From Anaeramoeba ignava BMAN (Eukaryota > Protista > Anaeramoebae), in NCBI GenBank assembly GCA_028826165.1, contig JAPDFW010000114.1, positions 620,001 through 684,000 of the forward strand: a stretch of 64,000 nucleotides of DNA, written 5' to 3'. Made by a program: the position numbers and the translations under genes. Under the pieces are notes generated by a model. It had not been told where the DNA came from. It did not search any database and saw nothing but the letters and a program-made list of their open reading frames with translations. This document shows, piece after piece, positions 50,263-62,414 of the stretch (the stretch's first letter is position 1; every line of letters begins with the position of its first letter).

Positions 50263-52775
50263 ATGAAAAATTTTCTTTCTTTTTTAGTTTTATTCTTAAT
50301 TATATTTGATTTAAATTTAATTATTTGCCAATCACAAAATAAAACAAATAATAATCAAAATGATAATAATAACCAATTTTCTCAATTTTTTAATTCCTCT
50401 TTTTTAATTCAAAACAATTTGTTTTGGAATGAAACAGAAATTTTATTTTCAAATGATCCTGAAGATAAAAATCAGTTTGAATGCAATGTTTTCATTTCAA
50501 AAAATTGGGCAATCATTGGCTCTCCTTATTCTCATTTCGAAAATAATTCTTATCAAGGAAAAGTTTATGTTTTTGAAAATAACGGAACATTTTGGAATGA
50601 AAATCAAATTTTAATTGCAAGTGATGGAAAAGGCTTATGATAGGTTTGGATACAGTGTTTTTATTTCAGAGGATTTATTAATAATTGGTTCTCCGTATGC
50701 TGATGTTGGGAATAGTTCGGAACAAGGAAAAGTTTATGTTTTTGAAAATAATGGAACATTTTGGAATGAAAATCAAATTTTAATTGCAAGTGATGGAAAA
50801 GTTTTTGATAGGTTTGGATACAGTGTTTTTATTTCAGGAGATTTATTAATAATTGGTTCTCCGTATGCTGATGTTGGAAATAATTCGGAACAAGGAAAAG
50901 TTTATGTTTTTTCAAAATAATGGAACATTTTGGAATGAAAATCAAGTTTTAATTGCAAGTGATGGGAAAGTAAATGATTATTTTGGATCAAGTGTTTCGA
51001 CTTCAGGGAATACTTTAATAGTTACTTCTCCTTCTGCAACTGTTGAAACTAATTTAAGACAAGGAAAAGTTTATGTTTTTGAAAATAATGGAACATTTTG
51101 GAATGAAAACCAAATTTTAATTGCAAGTGATGGAAAATCTCATGATTTGTTTGGATCAAGTATCTCAACTTCAGGAAATTTATTAATAATTGCTTCTCCC
51201 TATGCAAGTATTGGAAATAATGTAGATCAAGGAAAAGTTTATGTTTTTGAAAATAATGGAACATTTTGGAATGAAAATCAAATTTTAATTGCAAGTGATG
51301 GAAAAGTTTTTGATGAATTCGGAACAAGTGTTTTTATTTCAGGAGATTTATTAATAATTGGTTCTCCATATGCTGATGTTGGGAATAATTCGGAACAAGG
51401 AAAAGCTTATTTTTTTCAAAATAATGGAACATTTTGGAATGAAAAGCAAGTTTTAATTTCAAGTGATGGAGAGACTGATAATTATTTTGGATCAAGTGTT
51501 TCCATTTCAGGGAATTTTTCCATTTTTGGTAGTCATGGATATATTGCTGAAAACTCCTCTTATTACAACAAAGCATACATTTTCGAGAGTGTATTTATTT
51601 CAGCTCAAATTAATATAACAAGTTGTGGTTCTTTATTTTCTTCTTTTGAATGTTTTTGGGAAATGGAAAATGGAGATGATAAAACATTTGGTTATGAAAT
51701 CGCTTATCTTGATGATAATTGGCAATTTATTCAATCCCCAATTATCATCAAAGAAAATTCCTACTATCAGCAATTTAATCAGTCAATTTACACAAATATT
51801 ACAGGAAATGTTGATTATTCAGTTCAAATCAAGGCGTGTATTTCAGATGTATCAAATTTTTGTGGAGAACCATCAAACATAATCAATCTAACAACAAGAA
51901 TAGATTCTGTAAAAGATTTACAATTACATTCATCAAACGAATCTGTGAATATTTCATGGAATTATCCAAATGTTCCAATTTTTGACAACGTTGCAAAATT
52001 AGATCATTATATTCTTTCTTATTATTCTAATTTTGAAACAGAAACAACAAATATTTCCGTTTCAAATTCCTCAAAATCATATGATTTAATCAATTTGCAA
52101 TCAGGAACAAATTATTCAATTTCCATTTTGCCATGCAGAACAAATAAATGTGAAGGAGATGATGAAGGAGAACAAATTTCAAACTGGATTTCAACTTTAT
52201 TTTCACAAGTTTTAAATTTTCGTTGTTTCATTGCCGAATTGAATTTTTCTTGTTTTTGGGATCCACCAAATGCACCTGAAAAACCAGCTTTTTATAATTT
52301 TTCTTGTCAAGAAGTTCTTAAAAATTATTCAAGTAATACAACTCTTACATATGGTTACTATCAATTTACTGTTCCAGATTATGAATCAACTTATCAAATT
52401 CAAATTTCAGTTTGTGATTTAAATTCTCGATGTGGAGAAGAGTCTATTTTCCAATTTAAAACAGGAAAACAAAGCACAGATGAAAAATCAAAATTGGATT
52501 CTAAAATTGTTTATTCAGTTTCATTTGTTGGTTTTGTTTTTTTAATTGGAATACTTATTTTTATAATTTATCGAAAAAGAAAAATCAAGAAAAGCAATTC
52601 AAAATCAAATTTTGAGTTTCAAAAAATTCAAGAAGATGATGATTTAGACGAAGTTAATTTTGAAGAAGATCAAAAATCAGATTCAGATCCAAATTCAAAT
52701 TCAAATTTAAATTCAGATCCAAAATTTAAATCAGAATTAAAGTTTATTTTAAATTTAAATTCATTTCAAAATTAA
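50263..52775 (+). CDS. Type I membrane protein: signal peptide + FG-GAP (integrin-alpha-like) propeller + FN3 domains + TM + acidic tail; two 1-nt insertions
   Basis: 168-bp repeats (ASDG..D.FG.SV.ISG..LIIGSPYA.....QGKVYVF), FN3-like segments (ISWNYP..LDHYILSY..LINLQSGTNYSISI), and TM IVYSVSFVGFVFLIGILIFII followed by YRKRK. Confidence 0.88.
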
Positions 52776-53485
52776 AATTCATTTCAAAATTAAAATTTAT
52801 TTCAAAATTAAAATTCAAATTTAATTTAAAATTCATTTCAAAATTAAAATTCATTTCAAAATTAAATTTAAAATTCATTTCAAAATTCATTTCAAAATTA
52901 AAATTCATTTCAAAATTAAAATTCAAATTTAAAATTAAAATTAAAATTAAAATTCATTTCAAAATTAAAATTAAAATTTAAAATTAAAATTTAAAATTAA
53001 AATTAAAATTCATTTCAAAATTAAAATTCATTTCAAAATTAAAATTCAAATTTAAAATTAAAATTAAAATTTAAAATCAAAATTAAAATTTAAATCAAAA
53101 TTAAAATTTAAATCAAAATTAAAATTCATTTCAAAATTAAAATTCATTTCAAAATTAAAATTCAAATTTAAATTAAACTTTATTTCAAAATTAAAATTCA
53201 TTTCAGAATTAAAATTCATTTCAAAATTAAAATTCATTTCAAAATTAAAATTCATTTCAAAATTAAAATTCATTTCAAAATTAAAATTCATTTCAAAATT
53301 AAAATTCATTTCAAAATTAAAATTCAAATTAAAATTAAAATTCATTTCAAATTTAAAATTCATTTCAAAATTAAAATTCATTTCAAAATTAAAATTCATT
53401 TCAGAATTAAAATTCATTTCAAAATCAAAATTAAAATTCATTTCAAAATCAAAATTCATTTCAAAATCAGAATTAAAATTCATTT
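52740..53485. repeat. 18-nt minisatellite (AAAATTAAAATTCATTTC)n between convergent genes
   Basis: Direct tandem repeat. Confidence 0.92.
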
Positions 53486-53511
53486 TTTTTATTCCTCTTT
53501 TTTATTGAAAA

Positions 53512-54633
53512 TTAATTTTTCCATTTAAGAATTAAAATTTCTCTAACATTTGAAATCCCATCTTTTAAAACTTTCAAAGTTTGAATAAACATTTGATTTT
53601 TTTTTGTAACAAAACGTTTAAATTCAAGAGTAGAACCACCAACACCAAAATAATAAGATTTAGAAGCAATAATAACAGTTCCTGAATTTTTCAATAAACT
53701 TGAAATCAAGTGATAAAAACGGGGATAATTAGCAGATTGATAAAGAACTTCAGAACAGATAATATAATCGTATTTCATATCTTCTTTGAGTTCTGGATTC
53801 AGAAGATCTGAAACTCCACTCCAATCACCACTAATAAACTCTGAACGATCCAATAAATTGATCTCATTGATTTCTTGGTTAAGTAATACATTGTAAATTG
53901 TTAATTTTTCTAAAACATCTTTGTTATAATCCTGGAAAGTAACTTTTGATGCTCCAGAAAGAAGACAAAAAATCCCTGGAAATCCATGTCCACATCCTGC
54001 CTATTTATGTTATTTTGTTGATCAATATTTTTCCCTAATTTTTTTTAATTCATTTATTCAAACCTCAAGAATTCTTGTATCTTTTAATTCCTCTTCTTTT
54101 AAGGAAAGTTCTTTTAAAAGATCTATTGAACATTCCCAAATTTTAAATCCTCCTTCATATATTCCTGGATTTAAATCACTTTCAGAATTTGTGTTTTTAA
54201 ATGTATTGAAATTGTTTGTGAATTTATATATTTTTTTATTAATTTCAGGAATATTTAATTGTTCACTTTTCCATTTATTATTAATTTTAGATTTTGCTTT
54301 ATTTTGCATTTCTAAACTAATTTGAATTTTTAAATTTTGATTTTCATTTATATTTTCTATTTGATTTTCTATTTGAATTTGATTTTGGTTTTGATTTTGA
54401 TTTTGATTTTGATTTTGATTTTGATTTTCTATTTGATTTTCTATTTGATTTTCTATTTGATTTTCATTTATATTTTCTATTTGATTTTGATTTTGATTTT
54501 GAATTTCTATTTGATTTTGAATTTGATTTTGAATTTGATTTTGAATTTGATTTTGATTTCGAATTTGGTTTTGATTTTGATTTTCTATTTGATTTTGATT
54601 TTCTATTTGATTTGGAGGTCTAAAATAAAACAT
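53512..54633 (-). CDS. METTL18: Histidine protein methyltransferase 1 (METTL18/Hpm1); exons 54633-54064, 54000-53512
   Basis: SDLNPGIYEGGFKIWECSIDL, spliced RILE|AGCGHGFPGI, FQDYN, FISGDWS, YDYIICSEVLY, ASKSYYFGVGGS. Confidence 0.93.
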
Positions 54634-54758
54634 TTTAATAATAATAATTATAATTATTATATTAATTTAAATGTTAATAACAATCTTTTTTATTTATGAA
54701 AAAATGAAAAATGAAAAAATGAAAAAATGAAAAATGAAAAAATGAAAAAATTTAAAAT

Positions 54759-55622
54759 TTAAAAAAATAAAATATTAAAAGTAATTTTTCTTGAAGTCTC
54801 TTTTTGAAAATTATCTATTATTATTTCTAAATTTTCTTCCCATTGAGAACCATTATTTTCTATTTGTTGAATTAATTTTAAAACTAATTGTGAAGAAATA
54901 AAAGCTTCTTCATTTGTATCAACTGTTTCGAAATTAATCACATAAATTGGAATAACAGAATTTGTTGAATTTTGTTCAAGATGTTTAACAACTTCATCAT
55001 AAACTCTTATTTCAAATGTAATTATTAATGGGAAAAATTTTTTACTATCTTGAAATTTTTGAGGAGTTGATTTAATTAAATGATTCCTTTCTAATAATTC
55101 AAGAACTCCACTTTGTGAATAACTAAAATTAAAATTAAAATTAAAATTAAAATTAAAATTAAAATTAAAATTAAAATTAAAATTAAAATTAATATTAAAA
55201 TTAAAATTAAAATTAAAATTAAAATTAAAATTTAAAATTAAAATTAAAATTAAAATTAATATTAAAATTTAAATTAAAATTCATTTATAAAATTTAAATT
55301 AAAATTCATTTATAAAATTAAAATTCATATTAAAATTAAAATTAAAATTAAAATTAATATTCATATTAAAATTAATATTTAAAATTATGCACAATTTAAA
55401 ATCTTTTTTCTTTAAATCTTCAGCAATTTCAAGATAAGGAGTATTAAAATCATAAATATTTGAATCAAAACCAGAAGGACTTGGTAATTTAACAACAGAA
55501 CTTGTACCATAAGATTCAATATTATAACCATGAATTTTTAACAAAGAATGAGATTCCATACTTCTATTCATATTTCTAGCACAAACAAGAGCAATAGGAA
55601 TTTGTTTAAAATTAAAAGACAT
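54759..55622 (-). CDS. SSU72: RNA polymerase II CTD phosphatase Ssu72; exons 55622-55393, 55122-54759
   Basis: CX5R motif VCARNMNRSMESH, SYGTSSVVKLP, NIYDFNTPY, LLERNHLIKSTPQKFQ, ITFEIRVYDEV, VDTNEEA. Confidence 0.93.
55125..55385. repeat. (AAAATT)n hexamer array in the SSU72 intron
   Basis: Direct tandem repeat. Confidence 0.9.
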
Positions 55623-55721
55623 TTTTTTAAAAAAATGAAAAAAAATGAAAAAATATTTTTTTATTTTTTTTTCCGTTTTTTTTTCCGTTTTTTTTTTAAT
55701 TGAATTTTTAATTGTTCAAAA
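55623..55721. promoter_or_regulatory. 99-bp bidirectional promoter region (SSU72 / TPR gene)
   Basis: Divergent ATGs at 55622 and 55722. TTTCATTT x2 faces SSU72, and TTTTTTCCGTTTT x2 lies on the + strand. Confidence 0.55.
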
Positions 55722-57161
55722 ATGATTCAAATAATTGATATTAATTTTGAAGAAGAGGAATTAAAAAGAGCATATGAAAAACAACAAAATAACAATTTCC
55801 AAGACGCAGCAGAAGAATATACAGATTACATTGACAAAGAAATAATTCCACGGATTGAAATTTATGCATTAAGAGCAGAATGCAATTATCATCTTCAAAA
55901 ATACGATGAAGTTATTCAAGATTTTGAAATTTATAACCGAACAAGCAAACCTTTATCGAAAATTCATGAATTAATGGGAATGAGTTATTATAAATTGAAA
56001 TCATTTGCTAAAGCAGCTCATCAATTTTATTCAGTTCTTTCTATGACTCAAGATCGAAATGATTTAAAATGGAAAATTGCTAAATGCTTTTATAAAATGC
56101 TTGACTGGAATAGCGCCATTTCTATTCTTGCTCAAATTGAAACTGTTTTTGATGATTATTCTAATTTGAAAATTCTTTTTGCAAAATGTTTTTTCATGCT
56201 TAAAGAATATCCTCAAGTTTTTGAACGTTTGCCAAAAGTTGGAGATATTGCTAAAAAAAATGGTCTATGTTCAAAGAAAGACTTATTATCAATATTCAGG
56301 GCAACTATTTTGATTTTGAAATTTACATCTGAAACAAGCAATTTCAAAGAAGGGTTTTCATTTAGCAAAAAAATTTTAAGATTTGGTGAAAATCCAGATT
56401 ATTTTTTAAAAGAAATAACAAATCAAAACCAATTAGAAAATTTAAATTTAAATCAAAACCAATTAGAAAATTTAAATTTAAATCAAAACCAATTAGAAAA
56501 TTTAAATTTAAATCCAAATCAAATGGAAATTTCAAATCAAAATTTAAACAAAAATTCAAATTCAAATCAAATGGAAATTTCAAATCAAAATTTAAACAAA
56601 AATTCAAATTCAAATCAAATGGAGATTTCAAATCAAAATTTAAACAAAAATTCAAATTCAAATCAAATGGAGATTTCAAATCAAAATTTAAACAAAAATT
56701 CAAATTTAAATCAAATGGAAATTTCAAATCAAAATTTAAACAAAAATTCAAATTTAAATTTAAATTTAAATTCAAATCAAATTCAACCTCTATTTTATTT
56801 TGAAAATAAAATTCAAATTTCTCAAATCCAAAAATTACCTTCGAAAATACAAAAAAAAATTATAAAAATCATCTTTCTTCAAATTATTTGTTCGATAAAA
56901 TTAAATGATCAAGAAGAGATACAAAAGAATGAAAAATTATTAGAAGATCTTTCAAAACAATTCAATAAAGATGAAATTTCCAAAAAATTAAAAATTATCA
57001 AAAAAACAAAAAAAGAACAAATAAAACATCAAAAAAAGATCCAAAAAGAAGAAAAAAAAGAAGAAAAAGAAAAAATCAAACAAAAAAAACAACAAGAAAA
57101 AGAAAAAAAAAAAGAAAAAAAATTAAATTCAAAATTTAAATTTAAACCAAAATTCTATTAA
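55722..57161 (+). CDS. Tetratricopeptide-repeat protein with 10-aa and 16-aa tandem repeats and a basic tail
   Basis: TPR-like helices (IYALRAECNYHLQKYDEVIQDF; MGMSYYKLKSFAKAAHQF; IAKCFYKMLDWNSAI), plus NQLENLNLNQ x3 and NSNSNQMEISNQNLNK x5. Confidence 0.8.
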   Translation: MIQIIDINFEEEELKRAYEKQQNNNFQDAAEEYTDYIDKEIIPRIEIYALRAECNYHLQKYDEVIQDFEIYNRTSKPLSKIHELMGMSYYKLKSFAKAAHQFYSVLSMTQDRNDLKWKIAKCFYKMLDWNSAISILAQIETVFDDYSNLKILFAKCFFMLKEYPQVFERLPKVGDIAKKNGLCSKKDLLSIFRATILILKFTSETSNFKEGFSFSKKILRFGENPDYFLKEITNQNQLENLNLNQNQLENLNLNQNQLENLNLNPNQMEISNQNLNKNSNSNQMEISNQNLNKNSNSNQMEISNQNLNKNSNSNQMEISNQNLNKNSNLNQMEISNQNLNKNSNLNLNLNSNQIQPLFYFENKIQISQIQKLPSKIQKKIIKIIFLQIICSIKLNDQEEIQKNEKLLEDLSKQFNKDEISKKLKIIKKTKKEQIKHQKKIQKEEKKEEKEKIKQKKQQEKEKKKEKKLNSKFKFKPKFY

Positions 57162-57396
57162 ATTAAAAATTCAAAAAAAAAGAACTTTTGAATTTTTGAT
57201 TTTCATTTTTTTTCTTTTTCTTCTTTTTTTTTCTTTTTATCTATAATAATAATAATATAATTTGTTTAATTGTTTATTAAATAAATATTATTTTGAAAAT
57301 CGAAAAACAAATTCAAATCAAAAAAATAAAATAAATTAAGAATAAAAAAATAAAAAAATAATCAATTAAATTGAATCAAAACAATATAAAAAAATT

Positions 57397-59898
57397 ATGG
57401 CATCAGAATCACTTAAAACCACGCATGAATGTGTAGAAAATTTTTTAGGAGAATCAATTATTGCGCGGAAAAGGATACTTTATAATTTAAAAGGAGTTGG
57501 ACCACCAGATCTTTGTCATTTCATTAAAGAAAACCAACGAAAAAAAGAAACTCATAAAGTAGGTTTTTATCATCACGTGATTGGACTTGATACATCAAGT
57601 ATTTCCAGTGTTGCTAGTTATTTTGGAAGGCTTATTCAATCACAAGACGAACTTAGAAGCACAAAATCAACTGGAACATTTACTTTTTTATCAGGAACTT
57701 ATTTCAGTTACAATATTTTCCAAAAAATGGATTTGATTGTCAAATTTAAATTGCCAGGCGAATTCAAAACGTATTTTCTTAGTATGAATGGCGATAAAAT
57801 ACAAGAGAGTCAGGAATTATGGATGCAAACTCAAGTTTCAAGTTTTTTGCGGTTTATTAATAATCAATATCCTTTTAATAAGTTTCCTTGTTTGCATGTT
57901 TTGAATGATTTTTATTCCCCTTTAACTGAAAAAAATACTTTGATTTCCGTTGAGAAATTATTTTCCGTTGGGAAATCTCTCGGAACTCCCTTTTTTAGAA
58001 TAATTCCTTCAAATGCAAATAATTATCTTGTTGTTCTTTTGTGCAAATATTTTTTTCGCAACAAAAGATATACAGAAAGTATCAAATTTTTCAAACGGTT
58101 TGTGAAAAACGAACCAGAAATCGCAATCTATATAAGTCGCGCCTATTTGAAATTGGAAAATGCTGAAAAGGCTGTTCTTTATTTGGAAAAATACATGAAA
58201 TCTGATAATCCAGCACACATGGTTTTGATTGAGTTTATTAACCCAAAATACAAGAAAATTTTAACAATGGATTCTTTCAAGAAAAATAAGATTATTAACA
58301 AAATTGAAAAATTAACACCCTTTTTTGATGAAGCTTGTTTTGCATTATCTAGGTTCTTTTATGCAGAGCAAAATCTACATCAATCTCTAATCAATCTGAA
58401 TTTAATTTCTCTCAGAATTGGGGATTCAGATACCAAAATTAGCAATCAAAAAGAGAATGAAGATGAAAATGAAGAAGATGAATATTTAACAAATCAAAAT
58501 CAAAATCAAAATCAAAATCAAAATCAAAATCAAAATCAAAATCAAAATCAAAATCAAAATTCAAAATCAAAATCAAAATCAAAATCAAAATATAAATCAA
58601 ATAAAATTCAAATTCAAAATCAAAATACGGATATTATATATATGGATCAAGAATATTTCTCAGATAAAAATTCTAATGAATATTTCCCAAAACCAGCAAG
58701 AATCACAAAACCTTCAAATCCACAATATTATGTTGAAGAGCATTTAAATAACAAAAGAAACACTTTTGAAAGAAGTCTTTCTTTAAACATCATTACAAAA
58801 GATGAGGAATATTTAGTATTGGAAAAAAGTTATGGAATACTTGTTGATTTAATGAATGGTGAAGGATGGCAAGATTTGATGAAACTCAAAACAGAAGTAT
58901 TTGATTTGAACATTCGAGATTCAAATATTAATAATATAAATAAAAAATATTTTGGAGAAGAAATTGATCACTATTCAGATCCAAATTCAGAAAAAGAAAT
59001 ACAAAAAGAAATACAAAAAGAAATACAAGAAGAAATACAAGAAATTATTGAAATCAAAGAAAACACAATCGTTTCAACTAAATTTGATTATGATCATGGT
59101 TTTATTGCAGAAGATGAATTACTGAATATAAATCAAATCAAATTAAACAAAACAATCGCAGAAAGCAAAATTAAATCACATAAAATACTCTTCCCAAAAG
59201 GAGACAAGCCCGTAAATACAACAAAATCAAAAACAGAAAAACCAGAATACAAAACTTGGTTTGATTTGCTTATTCAACATCTTTATGCAGATGGAAACGT
59301 TATATATTTTTATCTGATCAAAAAAGGATCATCAAAAGCAATGGATATTGTGTATCCAAAAGGTGAATGGCTCAAAATTGCTGAAGCGGCAAAAAGAATC
59401 AAGAAGTTTGAAGAAAGCGAGATTGCTTTTCTCATGTCAATTAAATCAAGTGATGAACCTATTGGATTATCAACTTGGGATATTTGGATGAAACTAATTG
59501 ATCTTTATCATAAAAATGGAATTCATCTCAAACTTTTGTTTATCATCAATGAATTGTTGTTTTTTGCAGACCAAAAGTTGCTAAATAATCAACAATATTT
59601 CGGATTTAGAGAGAAAATCCAAAAAGTTATTTTTCGGTTAATTTTCAAAAAAGGTGTCAAAAATGTTCTTGATTTTCTTAATAAATTGAACCAAACTGAT
59701 CCTCATTTGATTGTTTTTAATTCAAACCAAGAAAATTATCAAATTCTTAAATACTTATTTTCCCATAAAAAAAAATATCAAAAAAAACTTCCCAAAAAAT
59801 CAAGAAAAAAGAATTTGGAAAGTTATTTGGTTCATAACATTATTTTAGAATTAATTGAAATGGCAAAATTATTTCAAATTGATGGATTTAATCGATAA
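57397..59898 (+). CDS. ChAPs-family (Bch1/Bud7/Chs6-like) exomer cargo adaptor
   Basis: GVGPPDLCHFIK, GFYHHVIGLDTSSISSVASY, SGTYFSYNIFQKMDLIVKFKLPG, LWMQTQVSSFLR, YGILVDL..GWQDLMKLKTEVF, WFDLLIQHLYAD follow the ChAPs motif order. Confidence 0.87.
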   Translation: MASESLKTTHECVENFLGESIIARKRILYNLKGVGPPDLCHFIKENQRKKETHKVGFYHHVIGLDTSSISSVASYFGRLIQSQDELRSTKSTGTFTFLSGTYFSYNIFQKMDLIVKFKLPGEFKTYFLSMNGDKIQESQELWMQTQVSSFLRFINNQYPFNKFPCLHVLNDFYSPLTEKNTLISVEKLFSVGKSLGTPFFRIIPSNANNYLVVLLCKYFFRNKRYTESIKFFKRFVKNEPEIAIYISRAYLKLENAEKAVLYLEKYMKSDNPAHMVLIEFINPKYKKILTMDSFKKNKIINKIEKLTPFFDEACFALSRFFYAEQNLHQSLINLNLISLRIGDSDTKISNQKENEDENEEDEYLTNQNQNQNQNQNQNQNQNQNQNQNSKSKSKSKSKYKSNKIQIQNQNTDIIYMDQEYFSDKNSNEYFPKPARITKPSNPQYYVEEHLNNKRNTFERSLSLNIITKDEEYLVLEKSYGILVDLMNGEGWQDLMKLKTEVFDLNIRDSNINNINKKYFGEEIDHYSDPNSEKEIQKEIQKEIQEEIQEIIEIKENTIVSTKFDYDHGFIAEDELLNINQIKLNKTIAESKIKSHKILFPKGDKPVNTTKSKTEKPEYKTWFDLLIQHLYADGNVIYFYLIKKGSSKAMDIVYPKGEWLKIAEAAKRIKKFEESEIAFLMSIKSSDEPIGLSTWDIWMKLIDLYHKNGIHLKLLFIINELLFFADQKLLNNQQYFGFREKIQKVIFRLIFKKGVKNVLDFLNKLNQTDPHLIVFNSNQENYQILKYLFSHKKKYQKKLPKKSRKKNLESYLVHNIILELIEMAKLFQIDGFNR

Positions 59899-60112
59899 TA
59901 ACATTAACAATAATAATAATAATAATGAAAATATTTATGTTCCATTATTATTAATATATTTTTTTTTTTTCGTTTCAGATCTTTCTAAAAAAAATTTTTT
60001 TTTTATCAAATTGAAAAATCATTTTTTTATTTTCTTTTATTTTCTTTTTTTTTTAAATTTTTTTTTTTTTCACTTCTTTTTGTTCTCTTAAAAAAACACA
60101 CACAAAAAAAAA

Positions 60113-62389
60113 ATGGAAGAAAAAAAAGAAAAACATTTACTTCAAAATGAATTTTCTTTTTATTTTGTGAAAAAAGCAACAGATCGTTCACAAGATGATT
60201 ATGAAAGTAGAGTTAAGCATATTTGTACATTTAATACTGTTGAAGATTTTTGGGGATTTTATTCTCATTTGGTTCGTCCAAATGATATACAAGGTGGAGG
60301 GGATTATCTTTTATTTAGAGTAACTTTATAACAAAATTTATAACAAAATTTAAAACAAAATTTAAAATTAAGTTTATAACAAAATTTATAACAAAATTTA
60401 TAACTAAATTTATAATAAAATTTATAATTAAATTTATAACAAAATTTATAATAAAATTTATAATTAAATTTATATAATTAAATTAAATTTAATTAAATTT
60501 ATAAAATTTATAATTTATAAATTTTATAATTAAATTTATAATAAAATTTATAATTAAATTTATAATAAAATTTATAATTAAATTTATAATAAAATTTATA
60601 ATTAAATTTATAATAAAATTTATAATTAAATTTATAATAAAATTTATAATTAAATTTATAATAAATTTATAATTAAATTTATAATAAAATTTATAATTAA
60701 ATTTATAACAAAATTTATAATAAAATTTATAATTAAATTTATAATAAAATTTATAATAAAATTTATAATAAAATTTATAATTAAATTTATAATAAAATTT
60801 ATAACAAAATTTATAATTAAATTTAAAACAAAATTTATAACAAAATTTATAATAAATTTATAATAAAATTTATAACAAAATTTATAATTAAAATTTATAA
60901 TTAAATTTATAACAAAATTTATAATTAAATTTATAACAAAATTTATAACAAAATTTATAATTAAAATTTATAATAAAATTTATAATAAAATTTATAATAA
61001 AATTTATAATAAAATTTATAATAAAATTTATAACAAAATTTATAATTAAATTTATAACAAAAATTTATAATAAAATTTATAATAAAATTTATAATAAAAT
61101 TTATAACAAAATTTATAATAAAATTTATAATTAAATTTATAATTAAATTTATAATAAAATTTAAAATTAAATTTATAATTAAATTTATAATAAAATTTAT
61201 AACAAAATTTATAATTAAATTTATAATTAAATTTATAACAAAATTTATAACAAAATTTATAATTAAATTTATAATAAAATTTATAATAAAATTTATAATT
61301 AAATTTATAACAAATTTATAATAAAATTTATAATTAAATTTATAATAAAATTTATAACAAAATTTATAATTAAATTTATAATTAAATTTATAACAAAATT
61401 TATAATTAAATTTATAACAAAATTTAAAATAAAATTTATAACAAAATTTATAACAAAATTTATAATAAAATTTATAACAAAATTTATAATAAAATTTATA
61501 ATAAAATTTATAATTAAATTTATAATTAAATTTATAACAAAATTTATAACAAAATTTATAATTAAATTTATAATAAAATTTATAATAAAATTTATAATTA
61601 AATTTATAACAAAATTTATAACAAAATTTATAATTAAATTTATAATTAAATTTATAATAAAATTTAAAATTAAAATTTATAAATAAAATTTAAATTTATA
61701 ATTAAATTTATTTTCTTATTCAAAAAGTCTGGAATTAAACCTTTATGGGAAGATAAAGAAAATATTAATGGAGGAAAGTGGATTTTAAGACTTAAAAAGC
61801 AATTAGCTTCACGTTTTTTTGAAGATATGGTGAGCTAATAATTATTTATTTAAAATGAATTATAAATTTAAAATGAATATTAAATTATTTTTAAATTAAG
61901 ATTCTTGGACTTATTGGAGAACAATTTGAAGTTGAAGATAAAGAAATATGTGGAATTGCTCTTTCAGTTCGTCAAAATGAAGATATTCTTTCAATTTGGA
62001 ATAAAACATCTCAAAATAATCAAACAAATAATCAAATTAGGTAATTATTTTCTCAAATTAAAATTAAAATTAAAATTAAAATTTAAAATTAAATTTATAA
62101 TAAAATTTATAATTAAATTTATAACAAAATTTATAACAAAATTTATAACTAAATTTATAAAATTAAAATTAGGCAAGATATTTTCAAAATATTATCTATT
62201 CCAGAACATACAATTATTGAATATAAAGCTCATAGAGAAGCTTTAAGAGATAAATCAAGTTTTAGAAATACTTCAGTTGCACCAATTTCAATAAAAAATG
62301 ATAAATTTAATCGACGTCAAAATAATATGAAAAAATCAGATACAAAATCACAAAGAAACAAACCAAAAGAAACAAAACAAAATAATTAA
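60113..62389 (+). CDS. EIF4E2: Class II eIF4E (4EHP/nCBP-like); exons 60113-60319, 61728-61829, 61901-62040, 62173-62389
   Basis: HLLQNEFSFYF and DYE (W43/W56 positions replaced by F/Y), TVEDFWGFYSHLVRP, GIKPLWED..NGGKWILRLKK, ICGIALSVR, EYKAH...DKSSFRNT. Confidence 0.88.
60325..61710. repeat. 12-nt minisatellite (AAATTTATAAYW)n filling eIF4E intron 1
   Basis: Direct tandem repeat inside intron 60320-61727. Confidence 0.93.
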
Positions 62390-62414
62390 AATTATTCAAA
62401 ATGAAACTAAAAAT

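Noticed and set aside
1950-50920. Recurrent frameshifts (1975, 2402, 9865, 18705, 42590, 43300, 43779, 44940, 50633, 50908) as programmed frameshifting or pseudogenes; two sit at AAA-TAR, as in Euplotes
   Set aside because: They go in both directions, lie in short homopolymer runs, share no motif and hit conserved genes such as TBCE. Uncorrected long-read errors are the simplest explanation; short-read polishing would decide.
54610-54760. SSU72-METTL18 fusion via the TTTTAG near 54620
   Set aside because: SSU72 ends at its normal C-terminus with TAA, and METTL18 has its own ATG preceded by TTTCATTT repeats.
13320-61710. Tandem arrays as CRISPR arrays or telomeres
   Set aside because: There are no unique spacers, cas genes or G-rich telomeric units, and the arrays lie in introns and intergenic DNA of a eukaryote.
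6926-62390. 12 of 18 complete genes end in TAAA, like the parabasalid stop-overlapping poly(A) signal
   Set aside because: This cannot be separated from chance at this AT content without 3'-end sequencing.
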